From NCBI GenBank assembly GCA_039809905.1, contig JBDHVY010000001.1, forward strand, positions 1,140,001 to 1,172,000: DNA of 32,000 bases, written 5' to 3'. Of the stretch, positions 7,756 to 17,169 are shown in pieces; within the stretch, counting starts at the first letter, position 1, and each line of letters starts with the position of its first letter. Under the pieces are notes generated by a model. That model was not told the origin of the DNA. It was given only the letters and a program-made list of their open reading frames with translations, and did no database searches. Source of the DNA: Candidatus Babelota bacterium (GTDB taxonomy: Bacteria > Babelota > Babeliae > Babelales > Vermiphilaceae). A program made the translations under genes and the position numbers.

Positions 7756-10137
7756 ATGAATTTTTTTTTAACGGAAAAAAAGAGAGTAGTTACCGCGATT
7801 GGTTTTTGTTTTTATATGGGAGCGCTATTATTTTTACTCATATCTCTTGTATCATATAACGCAACGGATAGTTCATGGTTTTATGTTTCAAGTGATCCGA
7901 AAGATGTTTTTAATCAAGGCGGATTTTTTGGAGCACAACTGGCAGCCCTTCTTTATTATATGTTTGGTGGAGCATCATTTTTATTATTTATCCCATTGCT
8001 CTGTTTGGCATTGATTGTACTGACAGGCAGAACAATCAAGACTGATGGGGAAAGATTTTTTGCAGCATGTTTTTTGGTTTTTATTGGTGCAATGATGCTG
8101 ACCACCTATAGTATTGATTGTGCATGGAGTCCTTATCCTGGTGGAAGGTTAGGATTTTTGGGAGCACAAAAACTATTATATTATTTTGACCCTCTTGGGC
8201 GCATTCTTTTTTTGTATATGAGTTTGTGCGCAAGCCTTATTATTCTTTTTCGTTGGTCGTTCATGTGCATGATTATGTATGTAAGTCGCGCAACAACGAC
8301 TGTTTATGCATTAATTAAAAAGCATCATGTTGTCAGCAAAATAGCAAAAGCAATTGGAGTGTGCCTTTATGCTTTTTGCGTGAGCTTGCCACGCGCTATT
8401 ATGCATTTTTTACAATCACTTATTAATGGAAGGGCTTTTCAAGATACGGGCTTATTGCATCCTGAAGATGATTATGACGGTACAGAATCATATGATGAGC
8501 CATATGAATACATTGCTGCTGTATCTGAAGAAACGCAGTATGATTTTTTTCTGCTTTCTGTACCAAAACAAATTGGGATTGAAAAGAAATTGATTATTGA
8601 TTATGTAGTATTGCATATAAAAAGAGTACCTAAAAAAGAATATACCGAATTACCTCATTCGACTTATTTTGCACGTTCTCCAGAGGTACAACAAAAAAAA
8701 GGATCGTCTACGCTTTCAAAAAAAGTTCCTCATTACAGATTGCCGAATATGGATATTTTCATTGCTGAAAAACACGCAGGTGAAAATCATGATATTGAAA
8801 AAGAGTTGCAAGAACGTGCACGAGTACTTCAAGATAAATTGAAACGTTTTGGAGTAAATGGTGAGGTTGTTGCAATTAAGCGAGGACCAGTTGTAACACT
8901 TTTTGAATATCAGCCAGATGTAGATACAAAATTAAGTAAAATTATTGTGCTAGAAGATGATCTTGCAATGGCATTACAAGCAATGAGCATTCGTATTATT
9001 GCACCAATCCCAGGAAGATCGGTAGTAGGTTTTGAAGTTGCAAATACAGCACGGCACGATGTGCTCTTTTCTCAGATTATTAATGATAAAATGTACACGC
9101 AATTTTCAGGAAGTTTACCTCTTGTTCTTGGTAAAGGAACAATCGGAGAAGCTGTTGTTGTTGATTTGGCTCGTATGCCACATCTTTTAATTGCAGGATC
9201 AACTGGTTCAGGAAAATCAGTAGCGCTTAACGCGATTTTGATTAGCTTATTATGTAAGTTAAGTCCTGATGATTTAAAACTTATATTAATAGATCCTAAA
9301 CGATTAGAATTTGCAGCATTCACTGATATTGCACATTTGCTTTTTCCTATTGTCACCAGCCCGCATCAAGCAGCTCCTGTTTTAAGATGGGTTGTGCAGG
9401 AAATGGAAGAGCGTTATGAAAAAATGGCTCAATGCGGTGCACGTAATATTGCTGACTATATTCTTCGACAGGCTCAAGACAATCGGCAAGAGAAAGATAC
9501 GTATAAACCAATGCCTTATATTGTTGTAGTGATTGATGAATTAGCCGATCTTATGATTACTGCAGGCCGAGATATTGAAGATCTCATTACGCGTATCACA
9601 CAAATGGCACGAGCTGCAGGAATTCATATGATTGTTGCAACACAGCGGCCGTCAGTTGATGTTATTACGGGATTAATTAAAGCAAATTTCCCGAGCAGAA
9701 TATCATTTAGAGTAGCATCACGTATTGATTCTCGAACAATTTTAGACACAATGGGTGCGGATCGATTACTCGGTAGAGGTGACATGCTATTTATTGATGC
9801 ATCAACTTCACAATTGCGTCGTGTGCATGGTGCATATGTTTCTGATGAAGAAATTGAACGCGTTGCAGATCATATTAGAAAAGAAAGAAAAGCAGAGTAT
9901 CTTGATTTGCATCAAGTAACCGCGTTGCAAGGCCAAGATACGCTTTCAGCAGAAGATGATGCATTATATAAGGATATACGAGAATTTTTAGATGGTATTG
10001 ATGAAATATCGATTTCATTATTACAAAGAAAATTTCGTATTGGATATAACAGATCAGCGCGTATTATCGATTTGCTTGAATCACAGGGACTAATTATGCC
10101 GCAAGATGGAAGTAAGACACGAAAAGTAATACGATAA
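7756..10137 (+). CDS. ftsK: DNA translocase FtsK/SpoIIIE
   Basis: N-terminal TM segments; Walker A LLIAGSTGSGKSVALN; Walker B YIVVVIDELADLM; THMIVATQRPSVDVITGLIKANFPSRISFRVAS-type block; C-terminal winged-helix gamma-like domain; SD 'gagg' upstream. Confidence 0.97.
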   Translation: MNFFLTEKKRVVTAIGFCFYMGALLFLLISLVSYNATDSSWFYVSSDPKDVFNQGGFFGAQLAALLYYMFGGASFLLFIPLLCLALIVLTGRTIKTDGERFFAACFLVFIGAMMLTTYSIDCAWSPYPGGRLGFLGAQKLLYYFDPLGRILFLYMSLCASLIILFRWSFMCMIMYVSRATTTVYALIKKHHVVSKIAKAIGVCLYAFCVSLPRAIMHFLQSLINGRAFQDTGLLHPEDDYDGTESYDEPYEYIAAVSEETQYDFFLLSVPKQIGIEKKLIIDYVVLHIKRVPKKEYTELPHSTYFARSPEVQQKKGSSTLSKKVPHYRLPNMDIFIAEKHAGENHDIEKELQERARVLQDKLKRFGVNGEVVAIKRGPVVTLFEYQPDVDTKLSKIIVLEDDLAMALQAMSIRIIAPIPGRSVVGFEVANTARHDVLFSQIINDKMYTQFSGSLPLVLGKGTIGEAVVVDLARMPHLLIAGSTGSGKSVALNAILISLLCKLSPDDLKLILIDPKRLEFAAFTDIAHLLFPIVTSPHQAAPVLRWVVQEMEERYEKMAQCGARNIADYILRQAQDNRQEKDTYKPMPYIVVVIDELADLMITAGRDIEDLITRITQMARAAGIHMIVATQRPSVDVITGLIKANFPSRISFRVASRIDSRTILDTMGADRLLGRGDMLFIDASTSQLRRVHGAYVSDEEIERVADHIRKERKAEYLDLHQVTALQGQDTLSAEDDALYKDIREFLDGIDEISISLLQRKFRIGYNRSARIIDLLESQGLIMPQDGSKTRKVIR

Positions 10138-10161
10138 ATGAGCACAGTTTAAGATTTTCTT

Positions 10162-10205
10162 CAATCGAGTACCCAACTTAAATGAAATGAAATTTGGGGA
10201 TAATG
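10162..10205 (-). repeat. Dispersed intergenic repeat, copy d, just downstream of ftsK
   Basis: Reverse complement CATTATCCCCAAATTTCATTTCATTTAAGTTGGGTACTCGATTG. Confidence 0.55.
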
Positions 10206-10394
10206 TTTTTATTATTTATTGTTACTTGACAAATGTTAAAAAAAAAGCAAATCTTAGTGCCATTGAATAAGCAATAGAAGCGTGTATACGACGCATCAGT
10301 TCATGAGAAAATCTTAATGAAGGGTCTCCATGTGTAATGTAATAAACATGGAGATAAGTTGGTAGTATTTTTTTATTTTCAACGGAGATCATCA

Positions 10395-11804
10395 ATGCGA
10401 TTTGACAAATCTTTTATAATTAAAACATTGCCGGAAGCATCGATTGCATTCGGGCATTTTCCAACAGATGCAACATTTTCTATCGATTCACGCGTATTAC
10501 AAGCGGGAGATATTTTTGTAGCATTGCAAGGCGCAGGCCATGATGGGCATGATTTTGTTGCACAAGCCTTTGAAAAAGGAGCAGCAGGAGCAATCATTGC
10601 TGAATCAAAAAAAGAAATTTTAAAAAAAATAAAAGGCTTAGATACTAAGCTTGTTCTTGTTGTAGCAGATCCATTAGAAGCATTTGTGCAACTTGCAGCA
10701 GCATGGCGTGCACAATTTGAATATCCTGTTATTGCAATTACTGGTTCAGTAGGAAAAACGTCTACAAAAGAAATTCTTGCACAAATTATGTTACATGCGG
10801 GAAAAAAATATCTCGCGTCTAATGGCAATCAAAATACCCGTATTGGTGTTGCTCTTAATATGTTGCGTATGAGACAAGATCATGAATTAGCGGTTTTTGA
10901 AATTGGTATCAGTAAGCGCGGTGAAATGGCAGAGCTTGCATCTTTATTACGACCAACGTCTGCAGCAATTACCAATATTGGTCATCAACATATGGATGGA
11001 CTTGGTTCTCTCAACGATATTGCGCTTGAAAAACGAGATGTTTTTAAATATTTTACCGAAAATAGTATTGGTATCATCAATGGTGACCAGCCAATATTAG
11101 CCCATGTTTCTTACCAACATCCGGTAATCAAATGTGGATCAAAAACAACTAATCAGATCCAAGCTCGAAAAATGAGAGTTGCTGGATCACATATTAGTTT
11201 TGTTCTTAAAATATATAAAAAGAAATATTCTATTGTGCTTGATCATCCTCATGTGGGTGCTGTGTTCAATGTTCTTACCGCAACAGCAGTAGCACATTGG
11301 CTGGGAGTATCTGATGAAGTTATTATTAAGGCAATACAGATGCCATGCGTAGTTGAAGGTCGTTTTGAAGAGCGCATGGTGAATGATAATCGTGGCATAT
11401 TGATTAGTGATTGTTACAATGCTAATCCAGAAAGTATGAAAGCTGCTTTATTGGCATTTCAACAAATAGAGACAAAGTCGCCAAAAATTGCTATTCTTGG
11501 TGATATGCTTGGTTTGGGAGTTAATAGTCCATTCTGGCATAGACAAGTAGGACGCTTTCTGCGCAAAGTTCCTTCATTAAATAAAGTTATTTTAGTAGGA
11601 AACTTGGTTACTTGGGTCAAAAAGACTGCTCCGGTAAGTTTGCGAGTTGAAGTTGTTCCGTCGTGGCAAGATGCGGTTCAAAAAATTGAAAAAGAGCTTC
11701 AATCAAAGCCAGCAATCTTGGTTAAAGGATCTCGCGACATTGGTCTTGATAATTTGGTTTCATTGTTAACAACAAAAAATGGTGTTACGTCATCGGAAAT
11801 ATAG
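10395..11804 (+). CDS. murF: UDP-N-acetylmuramoyl-tripeptide--D-alanyl-D-alanine ligase; track start at 10359 is probably too early
   Basis: VIAITGSVGKTSTKEILAQIM; NGNQNTRIGVALNMLRM; DCYNANPESMKAALLAF; ILGDMLGLG. Confidence 0.93.
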   Translation: MRFDKSFIIKTLPEASIAFGHFPTDATFSIDSRVLQAGDIFVALQGAGHDGHDFVAQAFEKGAAGAIIAESKKEILKKIKGLDTKLVLVVADPLEAFVQLAAAWRAQFEYPVIAITGSVGKTSTKEILAQIMLHAGKKYLASNGNQNTRIGVALNMLRMRQDHELAVFEIGISKRGEMAELASLLRPTSAAITNIGHQHMDGLGSLNDIALEKRDVFKYFTENSIGIINGDQPILAHVSYQHPVIKCGSKTTNQIQARKMRVAGSHISFVLKIYKKKYSIVLDHPHVGAVFNVLTATAVAHWLGVSDEVIIKAIQMPCVVEGRFEERMVNDNRGILISDCYNANPESMKAALLAFQQIETKSPKIAILGDMLGLGVNSPFWHRQVGRFLRKVPSLNKVILVGNLVTWVKKTAPVSLRVEVVPSWQDAVQKIEKELQSKPAILVKGSRDIGLDNLVSLLTTKNGVTSSEI

Positions 11805-11809
11805 AGTGC

Positions 11810-12745
11810 ATGGACATACTTAATAAAGAAAATGAACAGCTTTTTTATCATAAAACAGTCATGGTTGATGAAGTTTTGGAATACCTTAACCCTCAACCGA
11901 ATGGCTTGTATTGTGATGTGACATTTGGTTCTGGTGGTCATACCAAAGCTATTTTAGAAAAACAACCAGAATGTAATGTTGTAGCGATTGATTGGGATGC
12001 CACATCAATAGAAACATATGCTCCACAATTGGAAGAAAAGTATGGAGACAGACTTCAGATTGTGTGGGGTAATTTTTCTCACTTGTATCGCTTGTTACAA
12101 AAAGCAAAAGTAGGAAAAATTGATGGTGTTCTTGCCGATTTTGGTACATCCCAAATGCATCTGAAAGAACGGGCTGGTTTTTCTTTTTATAGAGATTCAG
12201 AACTTGATATGAGAATGTCACCTGCTCATCAGCAGGTGACAGCTGAGCATGTTATCAATAAAGCATCAGCTGATAAGTTGTGTGAAATTTTTTGGCAATT
12301 AGCGCAAGAAACACAAGCGAAGAAAATAGTTGCTGCAATTATTGAAGCGCGCCAAAGAAAACCAATTCAAACGACGCGAGAATTGGCATTAATTATTGAA
12401 AAGGCTATAGCAAGAGGTGTAAAGCGTTCTGCAAAAATTCATCCAGCTACCAAAGTTTTCCAGGCATTACGTATTTATGTAAATCATGAATTGAATAATA
12501 TAACGGGATTTTTGTCAGGAGCGCTGCAGGTTTTAAAACCTAATGGATTGATACTCTGTATTACATTCCATTCTTTAGAAGATCGTCTTGTTAAACAATT
12601 TTTTAAAGATAAAGCTGATCAGGGAATCCTTGAAATTATTACAAAACGAGTAGTAATACCTACGCCTGAAGAAATTAAAAAGAATCCATCATCACGTTCA
12701 GCAAAGTTAAGAGTTGCTCGATTTATAGGCAATTGCGAGCTTTAG
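11810..12745 (+). CDS. rsmH: 16S rRNA (cytosine1402-N4)-methyltransferase
   Basis: YHKTVMVDEVLEYLNPQPNGLYCDVTFGSGGHTKAIL; ADFGTSQMHL; ILCITFHSLEDRLVKQFF. Confidence 0.96.
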   Translation: MDILNKENEQLFYHKTVMVDEVLEYLNPQPNGLYCDVTFGSGGHTKAILEKQPECNVVAIDWDATSIETYAPQLEEKYGDRLQIVWGNFSHLYRLLQKAKVGKIDGVLADFGTSQMHLKERAGFSFYRDSELDMRMSPAHQQVTAEHVINKASADKLCEIFWQLAQETQAKKIVAAIIEARQRKPIQTTRELALIIEKAIARGVKRSAKIHPATKVFQALRIYVNHELNNITGFLSGALQVLKPNGLILCITFHSLEDRLVKQFFKDKADQGILEIITKRVVIPTPEEIKKNPSSRSAKLRVARFIGNCEL

Positions 12746-12798
12746 CGGAGTAAGATGAGATATTTTTAAAAAAAATGTATAAAAAAGCATGTTTATGT

Positions 12799-12826
12799 TT
12801 GACAAAAATATGTAATGCGATACATT
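12799..12826 (+). promoter_or_regulatory. Candidate sigma70-type promoter for spoVG
   Basis: TTGACA (12799-12804), 16 nt spacer, TACATT (12821-12826), upstream of the 12883 start. Confidence 0.45.
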
Positions 12827-12882
12827 AAAATACGAGCAGTAAAGAAGCAAAAAAACGATACTTATCCTTAAGGATTACAACA

Positions 12883-13176
12883 ATGGAAATAACGGAAGTA
12901 AAAGTATTTCCGGTAACGGATGGCGAGAAGTTAAAGGCTTATGCAACCATCGTCTTTGACAACGCATTTATTATTCGAGACCTTAAAGTTATTGAAGGTA
13001 TTAAGGGATTATTTGTATCGATGCCATCGCGCAAACGCAAAGATGGTACATTCAGAGATGTTGTACATCCGCTTAATCCTGAGACACGAAGTATGATTGA
13101 AGATCGAGTTGTTCAAGAATACAAATCGGTGATGGATCTTGGTGGTGGACAATTTTCATCAATGGATGAAGAGTAG
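12883..13176 (+). CDS. spoVG: SpoVG family regulator
   Basis: MEITEVKVFPVTDGEKLKAYATIVFDNAFIIRDLKVIEGIKGLFVSMPSRKRKDGTFRDVVHPLNPETR. Confidence 0.95.
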   Translation: MEITEVKVFPVTDGEKLKAYATIVFDNAFIIRDLKVIEGIKGLFVSMPSRKRKDGTFRDVVHPLNPETRSMIEDRVVQEYKSVMDLGGGQFSSMDEE

Positions 13177-13203
13177 TAAATAAAAAAGTTTCACATTTTT
13201 CGT

Positions 13204-13277
13204 TGGGGCGTGGCCAAGCGGTAAGGCAACAGGTTTTGGTCCTGTGATCGGAGGTTCGAATCCTTCCGCCCCAGCCA
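13204..13277 (+). tRNA. tRNA-Gln (anticodon TTG), CCA encoded
   Basis: Acceptor TGGGGCG/CGCCCCA, anticodon arm ACAGG-TTTTGGT-CCTGT, T-loop GGAGGTTCGAATCCTTC, terminal GCCA. Confidence 0.95.
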
Positions 13278-13280
13278 TAC

Positions 13281-13323
13281 TTTTAACCCAGTCTCCATTT
13301 CATTTCGACCGGGTACCCGGGTG
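13281..13323 (+). repeat. Dispersed intergenic repeat, copy e, between tRNA-Gln and its terminator; contains CCGGGTACCCGG
   Basis: TTTTAACCCAGTCTCCATTTCATTTCGACCGGGTACCCGGGTG. Confidence 0.55.
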
Positions 13324-13373
13324 AAGATATAGGATTGGAAATAAAAGTAAAATTACTTTGACGACAAGTTTAT

Positions 13374-13406
13374 AAAAGCCATGTAAATATACATGGCTTT
13401 TTTGTT
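13374..13406 (+). terminator. Intrinsic terminator downstream of tRNA-Gln
   Basis: AAAAGCCATGTA-AATA-TACATGGCTTTTTTG. Confidence 0.75.
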
Positions 13407-13419
13407 GTATTTTTATTAA

Positions 13420-14670
13420 ATGATGAATGCTGGTTTAATATCGAAAAATAGGAAAATAATGTTATCGGTTCTATTAATAATGTTATTCGCTTTGCCTTTG
13501 TCTGCAATGGATAAACCATTGGATCAAAAAAAGAGAGCTATTTCAAATATTCTTGAAGTGCGATGTCTTGGTAATGATGCTATTGTAGTTCACACATCTG
13601 TTCGGAAAAAGGATACTCGTAGAGACAATATTTTGTTATATAGTTTTTTTCCTGTTAAAAAAATTCATACGATATTCAGTGGAAAAAAAGATTTAAAGTT
13701 GTTATCTGTCAATTCTCAGCATAAAAAATGTGTTTTTTCTATAATTGATTTAGCTAATCCTGCTTTAGAAAAAATCAATGTATATGATGTTGGAATAAAA
13801 AAAATAAAATCTATTTCCGTCAATATATGTTCTCGAGGGGCTCAATTCATTAATAAAAGTGGTGATATGATCGTTTATGATGTAGATCGGAGCTCTGGAG
13901 CATATGTATTTGATGAACAATTAACATTAAAGCAAATAATGGTGAATTCCTTTAATGAAGAGTTTCGAGAGATATATGATTACCAATTTCAAGATGATAT
14001 GATTATGTCCTATTGTTACGGTAAACAAGCAATTTACTATGGATTAGCTAAAGAAATTGATCAAAATATGGCATGCGATTCATTTTTTACTCAAATTAAG
14101 GCTAAAATGAATTCTTCTATTACCTCTGTAGTAAGAGCTCCCTTGCTTATCTTTTTTTGTAAAAATAAGGCAAGTAATATCATTGATATGAACAAAAAAA
14201 TTGTTAAAAAAGTTCATGATTGCAATCAGATATGGTTATTTGATCTAATTGAGCGAACAAATACAAGCATTGATCATCCGGATTTTATTACTGCTTTAGA
14301 GATTCATCCTAATAAAAAAGTTTTTGTTACTTTATCTTCGCTTGGTCATATTAGCTATATTGATATAGCTCAAAAAAAATGTATTTATGGACCAGAAGAA
14401 GTTAATAAAAAGAATAAGAATAAATTATTATTTTCAGAATGTCAGCTCAATCAAGAATCAGATTTGTTATCTTTTACAGAAAATGGAAAATTTTTAGCAA
14501 TAGCTTTGAAAGATAGCTTTTTTATCAAAAAAGTTCCTTTTGAAGCCCTGTATGGTATTGATTATAAGCGGTTAATGTATATTATTTGTGTGCTAAAAGG
14601 TATAGATGCTCACATGGTTAAAGATATTCGTCAATTAATTACTTTTAGAATTGTTCAACCCTATCTATGA
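13420..14670 (+). CDS. Secreted WD/beta-propeller-like paralog A (divergent)
   Basis: Signal peptide ending SAMD; blade TALEIHPNKKVFVTLSSLGHISYIDI; KVPFEALYGIDYKRLMYIICVLKG matches the tail region of the 22711 and 23874 products. Confidence 0.65.
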   Translation: MMNAGLISKNRKIMLSVLLIMLFALPLSAMDKPLDQKKRAISNILEVRCLGNDAIVVHTSVRKKDTRRDNILLYSFFPVKKIHTIFSGKKDLKLLSVNSQHKKCVFSIIDLANPALEKINVYDVGIKKIKSISVNICSRGAQFINKSGDMIVYDVDRSSGAYVFDEQLTLKQIMVNSFNEEFREIYDYQFQDDMIMSYCYGKQAIYYGLAKEIDQNMACDSFFTQIKAKMNSSITSVVRAPLLIFFCKNKASNIIDMNKKIVKKVHDCNQIWLFDLIERTNTSIDHPDFITALEIHPNKKVFVTLSSLGHISYIDIAQKKCIYGPEEVNKKNKNKLLFSECQLNQESDLLSFTENGKFLAIALKDSFFIKKVPFEALYGIDYKRLMYIICVLKGIDAHMVKDIRQLITFRIVQPYL

Positions 14671-14694
14671 AATATTTTACTCTTAAAAAATAAC

Positions 14695-15171
14695 TTATTG
14701 GATTGGTTTACTGTGTTTATTTTGTATTATCATTGAACTTGAAAAAGGTTCAATTCGATCTATAACTACAATGATTTGTGCGTTTATTGCATCGGCTTGT
14801 TTTTGCTTATTTGATGTTTGAGGATCCCCATCAGTGATGGCAATAATGTGTGGATTAATGTTTTTTACTAGTTCTAAGTAATCATTAAAGCCTTCTAGTA
14901 GTGGTAATCCTATGACATGATCAACAGAACGTAATGCTAATAAATTGTGCGCTCGCTCTTCTTGCGTATGAATTGGTACACGTTTTTTGGATTGCATAAT
15001 TCGTTCATCAGGTTCCAATGCAACAACAAGAATATCGCCTAATTCTTTTGCTTTTTTTAAAAACTCAATGTGTCCAAAATGAAGAATATCAAAACATCCA
15101 CCAACAAGAATAATATGTTGTTGTGATGATACTGATATTTTTTTTGTGAGAATATAATGGTGATAATTCAT
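14695..15171 (-). CDS. Cytidylyltransferase-fold nucleotidyltransferase, RfaE2/HldE C-terminal-like
   Basis: VGGCFDILHFGHIEFLKKAKELGDILVVALEPDERI (GxFDxxHxGH motif); HTQEERAHNLLALRSVDHVIGL. Confidence 0.85.
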   Translation of the reverse strand: MNYHHYILTKKISVSSQQHIILVGGCFDILHFGHIEFLKKAKELGDILVVALEPDERIMQSKKRVPIHTQEERAHNLLALRSVDHVIGLPLLEGFNDYLELVKNINPHIIAITDGDPQTSNKQKQADAINAQIIVVIDRIEPFSSSMIIQNKHSKPIQ

Positions 15172-15288
15172 AATGGAAAGTATAGACTATTGCTGAGCTT
15201 TACGCAAATAGAGGTGCAATATGATGATTGGCGTTTAAATTGATTATTATAAACCTATAAATATGTATCATAAAAAGGAGAAGATATA

Positions 15289-15710
15289 GTGATTTATGTA
15301 TTTTTATTTTTTACAATTGCTGTATGTTTACATTCTTTTGCTCAAGCGGCGCAGGATAAAAAGATATCTTCTCATACTGTATTTATGAAAAATGTAGCTA
15401 TAAGTGAACCAAAAGATATCCTTATTAAACAAGAATTATTTGGTAAAATTATAGATATCTCTTGCCCTATGGAGATGATGATCTAGAAACTTTTCATCAA
15501 TATCTTTCATTTTCGGCAGATGGGACATTGCTTGCAGCAATATCTCCAAAAACATTGCATCATAAATGTGTAATTTTTAATGTGCCCTATTTTGTTTCAC
15601 ATAAGGAAAACCTCATCTGGTTATTATGGTGTTTGAAGCAATACCTCTATAACGGAAAAATATTACCAAAAGATCTCGTGCATGAGATTTTTAACCAATT
15701 AAAAAACTAA
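15289..15710 (+). pseudogene. Decayed copy of the WD-like family: N-terminus and C-terminus joined across a large internal deletion and frame change
   Basis: Frame 15289-15486 has leader plus VFMKNVAISEPKDILIKQELFGKIIDIS, like VNNVIISEPKPIFIKKEWFGEVIDV of the 20181 ORF. Frame 15462-15710 has ETFHQYLSFSADGTLLAAISP...LPKDLVHEIFNQLKN, like the same protein's C-terminus. Confidence 0.85.
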
Positions 15711-15723
15711 TAAAATAAAGTAA

Positions 15724-15810
15724 CTTGAGTTTCTTTTGCATCAGTGTACTCTTGTAGGCAATAAAAAAGTCTTTTGATATGGTGTTATAAAAAAAACTTA
15801 AACAAGAGCT
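15724..15810 (+). repeat. Intergenic element, copy 1 of 3
   Basis: CTTGAGTTTCTTTTGCATCAGTGTACTCTTGT...ATAAAAAAAACTTAAACAAGAG. Confidence 0.6.
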
Positions 15811-15816
15811 ATACAC

Positions 15817-17085
15817 ATGAATATTTTGTATTTTGGTTCAAAATCAAGTTTTGATATCGTTTTTTGTTTTTCTCAGTTTCTTATGATATGTTTTTTTTCA
15901 TCTATTCAGTCTATGGATAATGCAAAAAGATGTCCTATATTTGATACTCGCGAAGAAATCTTACAGGACTTATTAGACAAAAAAATATCTGCACAAGCTC
16001 CTATCTGGCATCCTGTTTTTAATAAGCAATCATATGTTGCTCGTAAAGAATCATTTGGCAATGTTATATCTGCGAATGTTAGTGAAATTGAATTTTTAAA
16101 TAATCATCAAATTGCTCTAACAATTAATGAAAATGAACATTTTATGATTGATCTTCGTTCGAATGAGCAATGGAAGTTTTCAGAACCGTGTATGAGGTTA
16201 TCCTGTACCCTACCTATGCCTGATAAGACAGAGAAGGTATTGAATTGGCGAGAAGATGGTTGTGCTGATATACGCATAGCTCCAAGTTCTCCATACCGTA
16301 GAAGAACTAATCAGGAGTTTGATTATGAAATTTCATTTCTTCCCCTGTATTATGATGAAAATCAGCCACCTTTGATATGGGTGAAAAAAAATAAATATTG
16401 TGTTAAAGATTATCGTGAGATTAAGGGAGAGCGCGATTCTATTAGCGAGATAAATATTTACGAATCAGTATATAATTCATCCTTAGATCCGGATGGAATC
16501 ATTTCTCAATGTAAAGAGAAGTTCACGACATATTATGGTCTCAATCAATTGTATTTTCAAAAGAGATGTGAATATCCAGATTGTGAAAAAATACAACTGT
16601 ATTCTCTAGAAAAGGGTTTTGCTGTACAAGCAGCAGAGTATATTCGGCGTAATTATGCTCAATGTTCCATTATATATCTAGATAAGACTGGAAATATTAT
16701 GGAGGGTATAAAAAATCTTCTAGTTCATCCATGTTCAATGGTGTTGCATCCAATTAATAGGGATATATTTGCAATGATGTTGCCCTGTGGGACTATTCAA
16801 TATTGGAATTCAAAAGGAATTTTATTAGCAACACAAATACTTCCAATGATGGATAAAAACAAGTTTAATAAAACATTTTATTCATTTGGTAAATATTGTT
16901 CGTTTTCACCTGATGGTATCCGTCTTGCAGCTGTTTTACCAGGAGAAATTCATATCTATAGAGTGCCTTTGCGGGTTCAGATTAAGTCAGAGCAATTAAT
17001 TTACATACTTTTTTGTTTAAAAAATCAGAATAGATTTCATCAGGATGTTGTAAGACTGCTTTTTAATATATTCAGCTCATATTGA
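15817..17085 (+). CDS. Secreted WD/beta-propeller-like paralog B
   Basis: Hydrophobic leader ending SMD; blade CSMVLHPINRDIFAMMLPCGTIQYWNSKGILL; tail EQLIYILFCLKNQNRFHQDVVRLLFNIF. Confidence 0.7.
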   Translation: MNILYFGSKSSFDIVFCFSQFLMICFFSSIQSMDNAKRCPIFDTREEILQDLLDKKISAQAPIWHPVFNKQSYVARKESFGNVISANVSEIEFLNNHQIALTINENEHFMIDLRSNEQWKFSEPCMRLSCTLPMPDKTEKVLNWREDGCADIRIAPSSPYRRRTNQEFDYEISFLPLYYDENQPPLIWVKKNKYCVKDYREIKGERDSISEINIYESVYNSSLDPDGIISQCKEKFTTYYGLNQLYFQKRCEYPDCEKIQLYSLEKGFAVQAAEYIRRNYAQCSIIYLDKTGNIMEGIKNLLVHPCSMVLHPINRDIFAMMLPCGTIQYWNSKGILLATQILPMMDKNKFNKTFYSFGKYCSFSPDGIRLAAVLPGEIHIYRVPLRVQIKSEQLIYILFCLKNQNRFHQDVVRLLFNIFSSY

Positions 17086-17145
17086 GATTTCTTGCGTTTC
17101 TTATCTATCTATGTACTCTTATGATAAAAAAACTTAAACAAGAGT
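17081..17145 (+). repeat. Intergenic element, copy 2 of 3
   Basis: ATTGAGATTTCTTG...CTATGTACTCTTATGATAAAAAAACTTAAACAAGAGT. Confidence 0.6.
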
Positions 17146-17169
17146 AAAAACAAAAAAAAGGACATTTCT

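Noticed and set aside
7605-8014. Small ORFs at the ftsK 5' end
   Set aside because: Overlap the ftsK start in other frames; ftsK has a clear SD and recognisable domains.
9072-10145. Minus-strand ORFs of 94 and 77 aa
   Set aside because: Antisense to the conserved ftsK motor and gamma region; coding constraint explains them.
10379-10828. 149-aa minus-strand ORF
   Set aside because: Antisense to murF; Cys/Ala-rich translation typical of antisense of a conserved gene.
13204-13323. Possible integrative-element attachment site at tRNA-Gln
   Set aside because: No integrase, no duplicated tRNA 3' end within the window; kept only as a low-interest palindrome note.
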